The position numbers and the translations under genes were made by a program. The notes under the pieces were generated by a model. It was given only the letters and a program-made list of their open reading frames with translations, searched no databases and was not told where the DNA came from. A stretch of 32,000 nt of DNA. It comes from Crocosphaera subtropica ATCC 51142. Its GTDB lineage: Bacteria; Cyanobacteriota; Cyanobacteriia; Cyanobacteriales; Microcystaceae. The stretch lies in NCBI RefSeq assembly GCF_000017845.1, contig NC_010546.1, forward strand, positions 2,190,001 to 2,222,000, written 5' to 3'. This document shows, one piece after another, positions 16,565-25,982 of this stretch. Each line of letters begins with the position of its first letter. The first letter of the stretch is position 1.

Positions 16565-18736
16565 TTAAATAGAGTCTTTGACCGCTTGTAACGCCATCTC
16601 CCTAAAGGTTGCTTGAGAACTTTGTTGATGATCTTTGCTTTGAGGTTGACGTTGAATATAGCTACCATCGCTTTGTAATTCCCAGGCATGACGATTATCA
16701 GATAACATCACCCCTAAAATTTCTTGTAATTCTTGAGCAATTTTTGCATCTTCTACAGGGGTAACGGCTTCCACACGACGAGAAAGATTACGAGTCATCC
16801 AATCTGCACTGCCAATATAAATCTCTTCTTGTCCTCCATTATGGAAGTAAAAAATCCGTGAATGTTCCAAGAAACGACCCACAATACTAATGACATGAAT
16901 GTTATCACTAACCCCTTCAATACCTGGTTTTAAACAGCAAATTCCCCGAACAATTAAATCGATTTTTACTCCTGCTTGAGACGCTTTATAAAGGGTTTCA
17001 ATGATTTGAGAATCCACTAAAGAATTCATTTTAGCCACAATCCGACCACTGCCTCCATTGCGACAATGTTCTGCTTCTCGATTAATCATAGACACCATGC
17101 GATCACGCATATTCACAGGGGCAACTAATAGTTTGCGGTAGGATTTTTGACGGGAATAACCGGTTAAAAAGTTAAATAAATCCGTTAAGTCCGCCCCTAA
17201 TTTTTCTCGACAACTAAATAGTCCTAAATCGGTGTACAGTTTTGCTGTTTTAGGATTATAATTTCCTGTTCCAATATGAACATAACGACGGATTTGTTTA
17301 GCTTCTTGGCGAACAATTAAAATAATTTTGGTATGGGTTTTTAATCCCACCAACCCATAGACCACATGAACCCCTGATTGTTCTAAACGGCGGGCCCAAA
17401 TAATATTATTTTCTTCATCAAATCTCGCTTTTAATTCTACTAAAGCAGCCACTTGTTTTCCGTTAGCAGCAGCCGCAATTAAAGCGTTAACAATGGGGGA
17501 ATCTCCTGAAGTTCGATACAAGGTCATTTTTATCGTTAAGACATCCGGATCATAAGCTGCTTGGGTAATAAATTGTTGTACGGAAGAACTAAAAGAATGA
17601 TAAGGATGATGAACTAAAATATCTCCTTGACGAATAATAGAAAAAATGTCTTCTCCTTCCTGTTGAACTTTCCCTTCGTCGTTATCATCCACTACTTTTT
17701 TAACCCGTTGTAAAGCAGGGGGAATCACCGCACTCCAAGGTTCATCTTTCAAGTCTGGACAAGGAAGGGACATAAAGTAAAAGAGGTCTTTTAATCCTAA
17801 TAATCCCTCAATATCATAGACATCAATTTCTTCTAATTCTAAATCTTTTATCAGTTGATTTCTAATTGGTTCGGGGGTAGCTGCATGGATTTCTAAGCGT
17901 ACGGCAGACTTACCAATATGTCGTTTTCTTAACTCTTGTTCAATGGCTAACAGTAAATCATCTGCTTCGTCTTCTTCGACGGATAAATCGGCATTTCTTG
18001 TCACTCGAAACGGATGACATTCTTGAACAATCATACCCGGAAAGAGTGCCTCTAAATTATGGGCAATCACTTGTTCTAAAGGAACCCCCGTCCAAATCGC
18101 TGTTTGATCGTCCTCTTGATGTCTCAATTCTGGGGGAAGTGGTACAAAACGAGGTAACACACCAGGGACTTTGACCCGTGCAAAATGTTCTTCCTCTGTG
18201 TCCGGATCACGCACCACTACCCCTAAGTTTAAACTTAGATTAGAAATATAAGGGAACGGATGAGACGGATCAACTGCTAAAGGGGTTAACACAGGAAAAA
18301 TATTCTCGTCGAAATACTTGTGTAAATAAGTACGTTGTTCTTGATCGAGGTCTACATAATTAATGAGATAAATTCCTTGATTAATTAATAAATTTCTCAG
18401 GGTATATTCAAAAAGCTGATCTTGTTCTTTCACTAAAGGACGTAAACGTTCACTAATCACCGTTAATTGTTCTAAAGGGGTACGACCATCAGAGGTTAAT
18501 TTAGTTACTCCTGCTTGTACTTGTTGTTTTAACCCTGCTACCCTAACCATAAAAAATTCATCTAAATTTGCGCTAAAAATAGCAGTAAATTTGAGTCTTT
18601 CTAATAAAGGAGTCCGAGAGTCTAGGGCTTCATTCAAAACCCGATAATTAAATTCTAACCAACTCAATTCCCGATTAAAGTAATATTGGGGATCTTTAAG
18701 ATTAATCTCTGTTTCTTTTGTTTTTGTCTGTGCCAT
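16565..18736 (-). CDS. ppk: polyphosphate kinase 1
   Basis: 723-aa ORF with PPK1 hallmarks: YFNRELSWLEFNYRVLNEA at the N-terminus, LKTHTKIILIVR (phospho-His region) and FLEHSRIFYFHNGG. Confidence 0.97.
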   Translation of the reverse strand: MAQTKTKETEINLKDPQYYFNRELSWLEFNYRVLNEALDSRTPLLERLKFTAIFSANLDEFFMVRVAGLKQQVQAGVTKLTSDGRTPLEQLTVISERLRPLVKEQDQLFEYTLRNLLINQGIYLINYVDLDQEQRTYLHKYFDENIFPVLTPLAVDPSHPFPYISNLSLNLGVVVRDPDTEEEHFARVKVPGVLPRFVPLPPELRHQEDDQTAIWTGVPLEQVIAHNLEALFPGMIVQECHPFRVTRNADLSVEEDEADDLLLAIEQELRKRHIGKSAVRLEIHAATPEPIRNQLIKDLELEEIDVYDIEGLLGLKDLFYFMSLPCPDLKDEPWSAVIPPALQRVKKVVDDNDEGKVQQEGEDIFSIIRQGDILVHHPYHSFSSSVQQFITQAAYDPDVLTIKMTLYRTSGDSPIVNALIAAAANGKQVAALVELKARFDEENNIIWARRLEQSGVHVVYGLVGLKTHTKIILIVRQEAKQIRRYVHIGTGNYNPKTAKLYTDLGLFSCREKLGADLTDLFNFLTGYSRQKSYRKLLVAPVNMRDRMVSMINREAEHCRNGGSGRIVAKMNSLVDSQIIETLYKASQAGVKIDLIVRGICCLKPGIEGVSDNIHVISIVGRFLEHSRIFYFHNGGQEEIYIGSADWMTRNLSRRVEAVTPVEDAKIAQELQEILGVMLSDNRHAWELQSDGSYIQRQPQSKDHQQSSQATFREMALQAVKDSI

Positions 18737-18941
18737 AGTTTTAGCTATTAATTAACTTAAGTTCTGTCTATAAAATTTGTCTTAGAGTAGGAGATACTTT
18801 AATGTCTTCTCTGGTTTCTATTGCTTAAAAACAGAAAATTTTACACCTCACAAATAGAAAAATTATTATAAAAGTAATTGCTCTCGATTTTAGCTTAATT
18901 TATCATCGAGAGCGTTATTATTGGGTTAAGAAAAAGAATCG

Positions 18942-19673
18942 CTATTGCTTCAGATTTTCTAACCCAGAAACCACTTTAGCTGAGTCAATGCGATCGCCTT
19001 GTTTGATCCCATCAACCACATCCATTCCCTCAGTAACTTTCCCAAATACGGCATAGTCTCCATTGAGAAATTCTAAATCCGATAGGGCAAAATAGAATTG
19101 AGAAGAAGCTGAATCAGGCATTCCTGAACGGGCCATGGCCACAGCCCCTCGTTCATGGTCAAGCACAACCGGTTGAGACATCGCAGTACGATTGCCCTGT
19201 TGCCCCAATGCCTTACTATAGGTGGGTTTTTCGTCTCCTTCTAACTTAATTTCCAGAGGAATCCGTCGTTCTTGTTTGGTTTCTGGGTCAACAAAGCCCC
19301 CCATTCCTGTTCCTTGGGGATCACCCCCTTGGGCTACAAAAGGTTGAGGATCTTTGACCACACGATGGAAGGTCAACCCATTATAAAAACCCCTCTCGAC
19401 TAGATCGACAAAATTGCCGGCGGTAATCGGGGCATCGTCTCCTTTGACTTCGATGGTAACAGGAGAACCATTAATGGTCATTTCAACCACAGCATTACCC
19501 TCTAATCTGGGAACATAATTATCCATATTTAATTGACTCACTTGTTGATTTTCATTAGGATTTACCGCAGTCTCGGAGTTGTTAGAGGCGTTAGAACAGC
19601 CAGTTATCATCAACCCAGAGACTAGGATAAGACAGGCTAAAGTTGTTAACCAGCGTTTTTTCAGGTTTCTCAT
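18942..19673 (-). CDS. cyclophilin-type peptidyl-prolyl cis-trans isomerase, lipoprotein
   Basis: 243-aa ORF with a lipobox LMITGC after a signal peptide. Cyclophilin core: [25 protein letters not shown] ... SQFYFAL ... [12 protein letters not shown]. Confidence 0.93.
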   Translation of the reverse strand: MRNLKKRWLTTLACLILVSGLMITGCSNASNNSETAVNPNENQQVSQLNMDNYVPRLEGNAVVEMTINGSPVTIEVKGDDAPITAGNFVDLVERGFYNGLTFHRVVKDPQPFVAQGGDPQGTGMGGFVDPETKQERRIPLEIKLEGDEKPTYSKALGQQGNRTAMSQPVVLDHERGAVAMARSGMPDSASSQFYFALSDLEFLNGDYAVFGKVTEGMDVVDGIKQGDRIDSAKVVSGLENLKQ

Positions 19674-19811
19674 AGCTATCTTGAAGGTTAATATTTGTTA
19701 GAGTCTTTTTGATCTCCTTATCCCTCCCAATATTACTGGATCAGGTGATGGAGTAACGAGGAGAGGATATATCGATCATTTTGCTCAGTCTCCCAAGTTT
19801 CCCAGTCCCTA

Positions 19812-20363
19812 TTACAACCCTTCCAAGGGAACCCCTAAGAAACTGGCTAATTCTGCCCCTTCGTTTTCTAATTCCGATAGGGATAGGGGTTGTCCGACCC
19901 GAGTTAGAGGGACATTCCGCTTTTGTTTAACCCGTAAATAAAGTTTCCGTTTGGTGTTTAATCCTTCTTGAATTTCGGCTTTAACTGCTTGGACATCTTC
20001 TAGGGGACAGGTGAATTCAACTTGGCGATTTTTCCCAGGAAATCCCCAACGGAAAATCTTGACTTGGTTGGTTTGCTTATTGAATTCGTTGTACCCACCC
20101 CCCACATTTAAGATAATCATCAACCATTGATAAGATGCCAACAGAGAACCCGCTATCCCATAAAATAGTAACGCAACTCCTTGGGGGATAAATTGAAGGG
20201 AAGAGGTATCACTAACAATGAGTAGATTGGTGTGTAAATAGCTCGAAAGTCCTGCTAAAAGAAAGCCAATACCGCCAATGGACGAAACGACAGCCCACCA
20301 GTAATTACTGAGGCGACGAGAACCGATTACGTCTTGACGAAAAATGAGGCGATCGCTTGTCAT
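19812..20363 (-). CDS. ycf4: photosystem I assembly protein Ycf4
   Basis: From the ATG at 20363 (MTSDRLIFRQDVIGSRRLSNYWWA...) the protein is 184 aa, the typical Ycf4 length. It has two N-terminal TM helices and ends in IFRWGFPGKNRQ ... LTRVGQPLSLSELENEGAELASFLGVPLEGL. The 26-codon upstream extension to 20441 looks spurious. Confidence 0.9.
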   Translation of the reverse strand: MTSDRLIFRQDVIGSRRLSNYWWAVVSSIGGIGFLLAGLSSYLHTNLLIVSDTSSLQFIPQGVALLFYGIAGSLLASYQWLMIILNVGGGYNEFNKQTNQVKIFRWGFPGKNRQVEFTCPLEDVQAVKAEIQEGLNTKRKLYLRVKQKRNVPLTRVGQPLSLSELENEGAELASFLGVPLEGL

Positions 20364-20516
20364 AGCCGTTGCCTTTGTCCGATTTTGCTTACAGATGATC
20401 GATCGCATTTTATCATTTTCGTTGCCCCATAGGATTGACACTCATAACAGTTTTCATTGGGAAGGCAGGAGGCAGGAGTTCGATTTCTAGATTTTCCACT
20501 CCATTGAAAATCTCTG

Positions 20517-21920
20517 TTAAAAGGGATTTCCCACAAGAGAAAACCCACTCCAATAATAAGGGTGAGATAAATCTAATCCTTCTACCCTCATCGCTTCTGA
20601 CGTTAAAGAAATATCTTCTCTAGGGGTTTCTAACTGTCCTTCTCGCCAACGAACATTTCCCTGAATCATCGCCATTTGCGCCCGTCTCAGAGCTTCAGCT
20701 TTCAAGGAAGTTTCCTTCAGTTGCCAGTAAAATTCGCTCATCATCCCCAATGTACCAAGATCACTCGCTCGCCACAAACTCCCTACTGCTGAATTAACCC
20801 CTGATTGAAGGGCTAAACCCACAAAACCCAATTCCGCATCAATATCTCCTAAAGCAGTATTACAAGCACTAAGCACCAATAAATCCACTGGGGGTTGACT
20901 CCAGTTAAGGTCTTCCATTTCCTTAAGATTAAGTCGAGTATCAGAAAATTGAATATAAGAATGACTAGGATTTCCAGGATTAAATTGAGCGTGGGTAGCT
21001 AGATGAATAATAGAGTAAGGATTCCTTTGTCGATGTTCTTTTAAATTCCCTAACGTAAACGCTTCATTTAACAATGTTACTCCTTCCCACAATCCGGGCG
21101 TAATGGTGGATAATTCCGCTGCTACCCCCGGTAAAGGCTGATCATTGGGAAATTCTGAGGCTCCCATAGCCAAAATTTGAGCATCCTCTAAGGTTTCGTA
21201 GTCCCAGTTAGTGAGGTTAAAGCCAGGAATTCGGGTAATGCCATAATTTTCAATTAAAAAATTTTCCCCATCGTGTAATGCAGCAAAGGGAAAAGAACGT
21301 AACATTGGACCCACACACAAAATCAGCGTATCAATATTTTGGCTGCGTAAATGATATTCTATTGGTAAAATCATCAACTTATATAAATCCTGTGCGGGTT
21401 TTAAATAAGCAGAAGACTGAGGGGACTGAAGTTGTTGGTGAAATTGTTTAATAGCGTTAAACAGTGCGTCTTGATTGCCCTCCGGAACTCTAATACCCAT
21501 CGGTTGTTTTCCGGGAGTGATAATATACAACGCCAAATAATCAGGAGTCGAAGTCATCCAGACAACCGCCGGTCTTTTCCCCGTTTGTTGACTCAACTGA
21601 GTGAGTTTGTCAGCGATTTGATCAGGGGTTAGAGATAAACTAGAAAAATTGTTATCAAAGTATTTTTCATAAAGACCTTCCCACTGCTTTTCAAGGGCAA
21701 AGACTTGCTCAGACCAATAGCCTTCGACTTCATCGGGGTTACGGGTTCCCCCTGGAATCGATTCCCCCCCAGGGGTTCCCGTATCAGGAGATTGAGGTAA
21801 GTGATCATTGTTTCGTTGTTCTCTTGGTTTTTCAGCCCATAACGCTGGAAAATAAAGAAAACTTCCCGTGGTTAAAACGATGGGAGTGACAAGAGTGATT
21901 AGCAAAATTAATTTTTTCAT
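20517..21920 (-). CDS. exported CHAT-domain (caspase-fold) protease
   Basis: I prefer the ATG at 21920 (MKKLILLITLVTPIVLTTGSFLYFPALWA|EKP, signal-like) over the TTG at 21941. CHAT dyad: IIHLATHAQF and LLVLSACNTALG. The C-terminus HPYYWSGFSLVGNPF is typical of CHAT. It starts 42 nt after the kinase stop. Confidence 0.85.
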   Translation of the reverse strand: MKKLILLITLVTPIVLTTGSFLYFPALWAEKPREQRNNDHLPQSPDTGTPGGESIPGGTRNPDEVEGYWSEQVFALEKQWEGLYEKYFDNNFSSLSLTPDQIADKLTQLSQQTGKRPAVVWMTSTPDYLALYIITPGKQPMGIRVPEGNQDALFNAIKQFHQQLQSPQSSAYLKPAQDLYKLMILPIEYHLRSQNIDTLILCVGPMLRSFPFAALHDGENFLIENYGITRIPGFNLTNWDYETLEDAQILAMGASEFPNDQPLPGVAAELSTITPGLWEGVTLLNEAFTLGNLKEHRQRNPYSIIHLATHAQFNPGNPSHSYIQFSDTRLNLKEMEDLNWSQPPVDLLVLSACNTALGDIDAELGFVGLALQSGVNSAVGSLWRASDLGTLGMMSEFYWQLKETSLKAEALRRAQMAMIQGNVRWREGQLETPREDISLTSEAMRVEGLDLSHPYYWSGFSLVGNPF

Positions 21921-21962
21921 GGTTACTAAGTACCTAGACAAAAATAAACGTTACGGTTGAAG

Positions 21963-24137
21963 CTAATTCCAAAAATCGACCTCCTGCCTCCTTTGACGGG
22001 AATGGGACTCGATCAAACCTCGCCAAATTTTAATAGTCGGCTGACGACTACTACTAATCATCTCTCCTGACGGGCCAGTTGCCACGGACAACACCCAATC
22101 TCTGTGGTCTGTTAACGTATCCAACAGCCTTTGATTTTGCCAGTCCCAGACTTGAAGCGTCTCATCAATACTACCACTGACTAACCTTTGACCATCACGG
22201 CTAAAAGTAACCGCCACAATGCGATCGCTATGTTCAGAAAAAGTAGATAGCACCTTTCCCGTGGCCATCTCCCAAACTTTGACCGTGCCATCCCAACTGC
22301 CACTAGCTAAGTAGTTTCCATCAGGGGAAAAGGCGACAGAACGAACGGCATCTTGATGATCAGATAAAGTTTGTAACATTTGACCGGTTTGAACATCCCA
22401 AAGCTTCACCGTGCCATCTTTACCACCACTGGCCAACCGTTTGCCATCAGGACTAAAGGTTGCACTAAACACCCAACCTGAATGACCCCTTAAAGTACGA
22501 ATTACCTCTGCTGTGGCCATATTCCAAAGTTTAATCGTTTCATCCGCACTAGCACTGGCTATGATTTGTTGATCAGGACTTATTTCTACTGACCACAAAG
22601 AATCCTGATGAGCGGTCAAAGTCCGAATTAATTCACCCGTTGCTGTGTTCCAGAGTTTAATCGTTTGATCCGCACTAGCACTAGCGATTACATTTCCATC
22701 GTGACTAACCGTTACTGAACGCACACCATCCCCATGACCGGAGAAAGTTTGCAAAAGGCTTCCTGTCTCTGTATTCCAAACCCTAACGGTTTTATCCTCG
22801 CCACCACTGACAGCCAGTTTCCCATTGGAACTCAGGACAACAGACCACACCCCATTGCGATGACCAGTCAGGGTTGTTGTTGGGTGAAGGGCGTTGATTT
22901 CTTCCTCTTTTTCCTCAGTGAGAGAAGGGGTGATAGGAGTACGGACAAATCTTGCCATCCCAATTCCGAGTATCAAAGTCACCAAAGTAAAGAGCAAACA
23001 TTGTCCCCATTTAATAGCAAAGCCAGAAGAACGAGTCAGATTAGATGTTTTGCGTTGAGTGGCTTGTGAGTTGTTAGCCATAGAAACCGTCTCTTGGTCT
23101 AAGGCGATAGAAGGGTTAGGGAGTGGTTTGTTATGATTGCCTTGGGGTAATTGTTTGGCGGGATCAAGAGAAATAGCCGAAGATAACGCTTCACTCAATT
23201 CCCGAACAGAACTAAACCGATCATCAGGAGACTTGTTTAGGCAGCCCATGACCACCGCTTCAAGGGTTTCGGATAAGTGGTCACAGTTAGGCTGCGATCG
23301 CAAAGGGAGAGGGGTTTTAGACGCATGAGCAAATAGCCAAGATTCTACACTAACTCGATTTTCTCGAAAGTTAAAGCCAAAGGGATCAACCCCTGTCAAC
23401 ATCTCATACAACATTAACCCTAAACTATAAATATCTGCCCGTGCATCTAAGTTTTGTGATCCTTCTAATTGTTCAGGGGCTGCATAATGACAAGTTCCTA
23501 AAAACATATTCGTCAGACTGGTATGTTCTGCTTGAAGGTTGCGAATTTTAGCAATACCAAAGTCAATAACTTTTACTAAGTCTCCTAATGCAGTGGGAAC
23601 CAGAAAGATGTTTTGCGGTTTCAAGTCTCGATGAACCACTTTAATAGTTTGGGTTTCTCCTGTTGCCTCATCCACTAACGTAACACCGTCATGGGCTAAT
23701 TCTAATCCTGCACAAACTTGAGAGATAATTAAACAAGTTTCTTCAGGAGACAAACGAGGGGTATATTTTAAGCGTTGAGCTAGGGTTTCGCCTTCTAGAT
23801 ATTCCATTATATAGAAAGGATAACCCCCCTCAGTAATTCCATAATCACTGACTTGGACAATATGTTCACTTTTAAGAGAAGCACAAATCTTTAATTCCCA
23901 ATCAAACCGAATTCGCATCGAGCGATCATCAGCTAAAGATTCTCTGAGTAGTTTAAAAGCGACAGGTTTATTGAGACGTTTATCTGTCGCTAAGAAAACA
24001 TGACCCATTCCTCCTTCTCCTAGTTGTTGTTCTAAGCGATAACGGTTTTCTTCTCCAATGCACAAAGAACCGCTAGGGGAAGATTGAGCAGAAGGAATAC
24101 TATGGAAATTGTAGGGAGAAGATTTGATAGGAAACAT
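21963..24137 (-). CDS. Ser/Thr protein kinase - TM helix - 7-bladed WD40 propeller
   Basis: Hanks kinase motifs: GEGGMGHVFLA, VAFKLL, HRDLKPQNIFL, DFGIAK, APEQ. One TM helix (CLLFTLVTLILGIGMARFV). Seven WD40 repeats lie at about 21995-22880, with a 126-nt period. Blades at 22522 and 22648 are about 35/40 identical at the DNA level. Confidence 0.92.
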   Translation of the reverse strand: MFPIKSSPYNFHSIPSAQSSPSGSLCIGEENRYRLEQQLGEGGMGHVFLATDKRLNKPVAFKLLRESLADDRSMRIRFDWELKICASLKSEHIVQVSDYGITEGGYPFYIMEYLEGETLAQRLKYTPRLSPEETCLIISQVCAGLELAHDGVTLVDEATGETQTIKVVHRDLKPQNIFLVPTALGDLVKVIDFGIAKIRNLQAEHTSLTNMFLGTCHYAAPEQLEGSQNLDARADIYSLGLMLYEMLTGVDPFGFNFRENRVSVESWLFAHASKTPLPLRSQPNCDHLSETLEAVVMGCLNKSPDDRFSSVRELSEALSSAISLDPAKQLPQGNHNKPLPNPSIALDQETVSMANNSQATQRKTSNLTRSSGFAIKWGQCLLFTLVTLILGIGMARFVRTPITPSLTEEKEEEINALHPTTTLTGHRNGVWSVVLSSNGKLAVSGGEDKTVRVWNTETGSLLQTFSGHGDGVRSVTVSHDGNVIASASADQTIKLWNTATGELIRTLTAHQDSLWSVEISPDQQIIASASADETIKLWNMATAEVIRTLRGHSGWVFSATFSPDGKRLASGGKDGTVKLWDVQTGQMLQTLSDHQDAVRSVAFSPDGNYLASGSWDGTVKVWEMATGKVLSTFSEHSDRIVAVTFSRDGQRLVSGSIDETLQVWDWQNQRLLDTLTDHRDWVLSVATGPSGEMISSSRQPTIKIWRGLIESHSRQRRQEVDFWN

Positions 24138-24154
24138 GATAAGTTCCTCGTTTT

Positions 24155-24189
24155 GAAGTCAGAAGTCAGAAGTCAGAAGTTAGAAGTTA
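24155..24189. repeat. heptanucleotide tandem repeat, 5 copies
   Basis: GAAGTCA x3 then GAAGTTA x2 (24155-24189). It starts 18 nt upstream of the kinase start codon (24137, minus strand) and directly abuts its GAGGA SD. Confidence 0.9.
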
Positions 24190-24191
24190 GT

Positions 24192-24240
24192 GAAACCCAA
24201 CAAAAGGTTATGGGTGTTGGGTTTCGTTCCTCAACCCAAC
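24192..24240. repeat. AACCCAAC palindromic element with two mutually exclusive hairpins
   Basis: GAAACCCAACA (24192-24202) pairs perfectly with TGTTGGGTTTC (24215-24225): an 11-bp stem with a 12-nt loop. The same right arm (GTTGGGT, 24216-24222) can instead pair with ACCCAAC (24234-24240). No U-tract on either strand, so not a canonical terminator. Confidence 0.7.
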
Positions 24241-24288
24241 CTACTTTAAACTGAAATTTTGATACACTCAATTGAAAACTGCTATTAT

Positions 24289-25764
24289 CTACGCCTCAAT
24301 TTCGATTTCATCCACAGCATAGGCAATACAAGGTAAAATAAACCCTTCTTCTTGTTCCTGTTGATCCAGTCCATCGGGTTCCCCTTCATAGCGAATGTTT
24401 CCCTTGCGTTTACGCTTCTTACACGCACCACAAACCCCTTGCATACAACCACTACGAATATTAATTCCTTCTTGTTGAGCCACTTCTAGAATAGACTCTT
24501 GACCGTCACAAGTAACAGTTTTACCTGACTCAATAAATGCGATCGCTGGTTTGGAAGAAGGTTTTTCAATTTTCTCCCCCTCTCCCTGCTCACCACTCCC
24601 TTGCAGTTTTACAGGAGATGTCACTTTAGCCTGTTTTTTCCCCACACCAAAACTCTCTTCATGATAGTTTTCTGGAGGAAGTCCCATGTTTCCTAACAGG
24701 GTTTTGACTCCTTTCATAAACCCATCGGGGCCACAAACATAAACAGACCGTTCTCTAAAATCAGATACCATCGTCGATAACATTTGTTCGCTAAGTCTTC
24801 CCCGATATCCCAGCCAAGGTTGTCCAGGGTCTGGTTGTGTTAGGGAAATAGCGAGATGAAAATGAGGGTTTCTCGCTGCCATTAATTGCAATTCTTGCGC
24901 CATAATAATGTCACTGCAACGACGACCACAGTAAACAAAGACCACATCTTGTTTTCCTGCGGTATCATAAAGCCAACGAGCCATAGAAATCATCGGGGTT
25001 ACACCACTTCCAGCAGAAATTAATAATAGTTTTGGGTTAGAATCCTTTGCACAGGTAAATTTTCCCATTGGCCCCCCTGATAACTGGATCTGATCTCCGA
25101 CTTTTAGGCGATCGTGCAGCCAGTTAGACACTAAACCAGGGGGAACATGAGGGGCATTAGGGGGTGACGGAACCCGTTTAACGGTAATCTCTAGAAGATG
25201 GGGACGGGTCGGGGTTGAAGAAATAGAATAAGCCCGTTTAACTGGTTTACCGTCGATGTTGAGGTTTAAGGTAACAAACTGACCGGGTTGATACGCAAAG
25301 GAAATAGCCGGTTCCGCTACAAAAGAAAAGGTTTTCACATCTTCGGTTTCTTCAATAATACGAATACATTTAACCGTTAAGTCTTCTTGTGTCCAACTTG
25401 CGACATTGGTTTCTAGAATTTTATGGTTAGAGATGGTGGTTTCAAGGTTCTTTTCCATCCCTTGAACCGCTAAAACAAAGTCACCAATGCGGATAATATC
25501 ATCGGGTTTCAGTGCATACCTTTGGTTAACCATTGCTGTTTCATGATTAACACGGGAACCATCGGTACTCCCTAAGTCACTGAAATAATATTGTCCTTGA
25601 TCGTAGCCAATTCTACCGTGAACTCGACTGACTTCTGGTGTTGCCAAGACAAGATCGCAAGTTGTGGCGCGTCCAATGATCCATTCTCGTTTAATTTGAT
25701 CGGGGGTTAAGGTTTTGTCTTGGAATTCACCAATTGTATAGTTGAACACCTTTAAATTCAGCAT
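24289..25764 (-). CDS. FHA domain - ferredoxin-reductase-type FAD/NAD(P) oxidoreductase - 2Fe-2S ferredoxin fusion
   Basis: 491-aa ORF. N-terminal FHA (GRATTCDLVLATPEVSRVHGRI ... GSTDGSRVNHE). FAD-binding RAYSISS, NAD-binding LLLISAGSGVTPMISM, then plant-type 2Fe-2S cysteines (SGCMQGVCGACKK ... ILPCIAY). Confidence 0.9.
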   Translation of the reverse strand: MLNLKVFNYTIGEFQDKTLTPDQIKREWIIGRATTCDLVLATPEVSRVHGRIGYDQGQYYFSDLGSTDGSRVNHETAMVNQRYALKPDDIIRIGDFVLAVQGMEKNLETTISNHKILETNVASWTQEDLTVKCIRIIEETEDVKTFSFVAEPAISFAYQPGQFVTLNLNIDGKPVKRAYSISSTPTRPHLLEITVKRVPSPPNAPHVPPGLVSNWLHDRLKVGDQIQLSGGPMGKFTCAKDSNPKLLLISAGSGVTPMISMARWLYDTAGKQDVVFVYCGRRCSDIIMAQELQLMAARNPHFHLAISLTQPDPGQPWLGYRGRLSEQMLSTMVSDFRERSVYVCGPDGFMKGVKTLLGNMGLPPENYHEESFGVGKKQAKVTSPVKLQGSGEQGEGEKIEKPSSKPAIAFIESGKTVTCDGQESILEVAQQEGINIRSGCMQGVCGACKKRKRKGNIRYEGEPDGLDQQEQEEGFILPCIAYAVDEIEIEA

Positions 25765-25925
25765 GGTTTGGAGTCTCCTACAAAAGCAATGAATTAACTC
25801 ACTTATTCATAGGTGACGGTTTGAAAAATTATGCAGCTTTCACGACGGAGACAATAGCGATCTGTCACTAGATTTTAGTTTCACTGTTGTATGAAGTGTA
25901 GTTAAAATAGATAAATCACTCAAAC

Positions 25926-25953
25926 TTGACAAATACAAATATTTGTGTATTTT
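25926..25953 (+). promoter_or_regulatory. candidate sigma-70 promoter with a near-palindrome in the spacer
   Basis: Consensus -35 TTGACA (25926-25931), a 16-nt spacer, then -10-like TATTTT (25948-25953), 30 nt before the ATG at 25983. The spacer holds the imperfect palindrome AAATACAAAT/ATTTGTGTATTT. Confidence 0.35.
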
Positions 25954-25982
25954 TAAGTAAGTAATTAGTTCAAGTAAAGTCT

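Noticed and set aside
20360-20623. N-terminal extension of ycf4 to 20441, and ORFs 20360..20548 (-) and 20435..20623 (+)
   Set aside because: Starting at 20363 gives the canonical 184-aa Ycf4. The other ORFs span the ycf4/CHAT intergenic region and the CHAT 3' end and lack motifs.
24192-24225. Canonical rho-independent terminator after the FHA-reductase gene
   Set aside because: The 11-bp stem is perfect, but no U-tract follows it on the minus (transcribed) strand; it is followed by ACUAACUUCUAACUUC. I therefore list it as a palindromic repeat element, with terminator function unproven.
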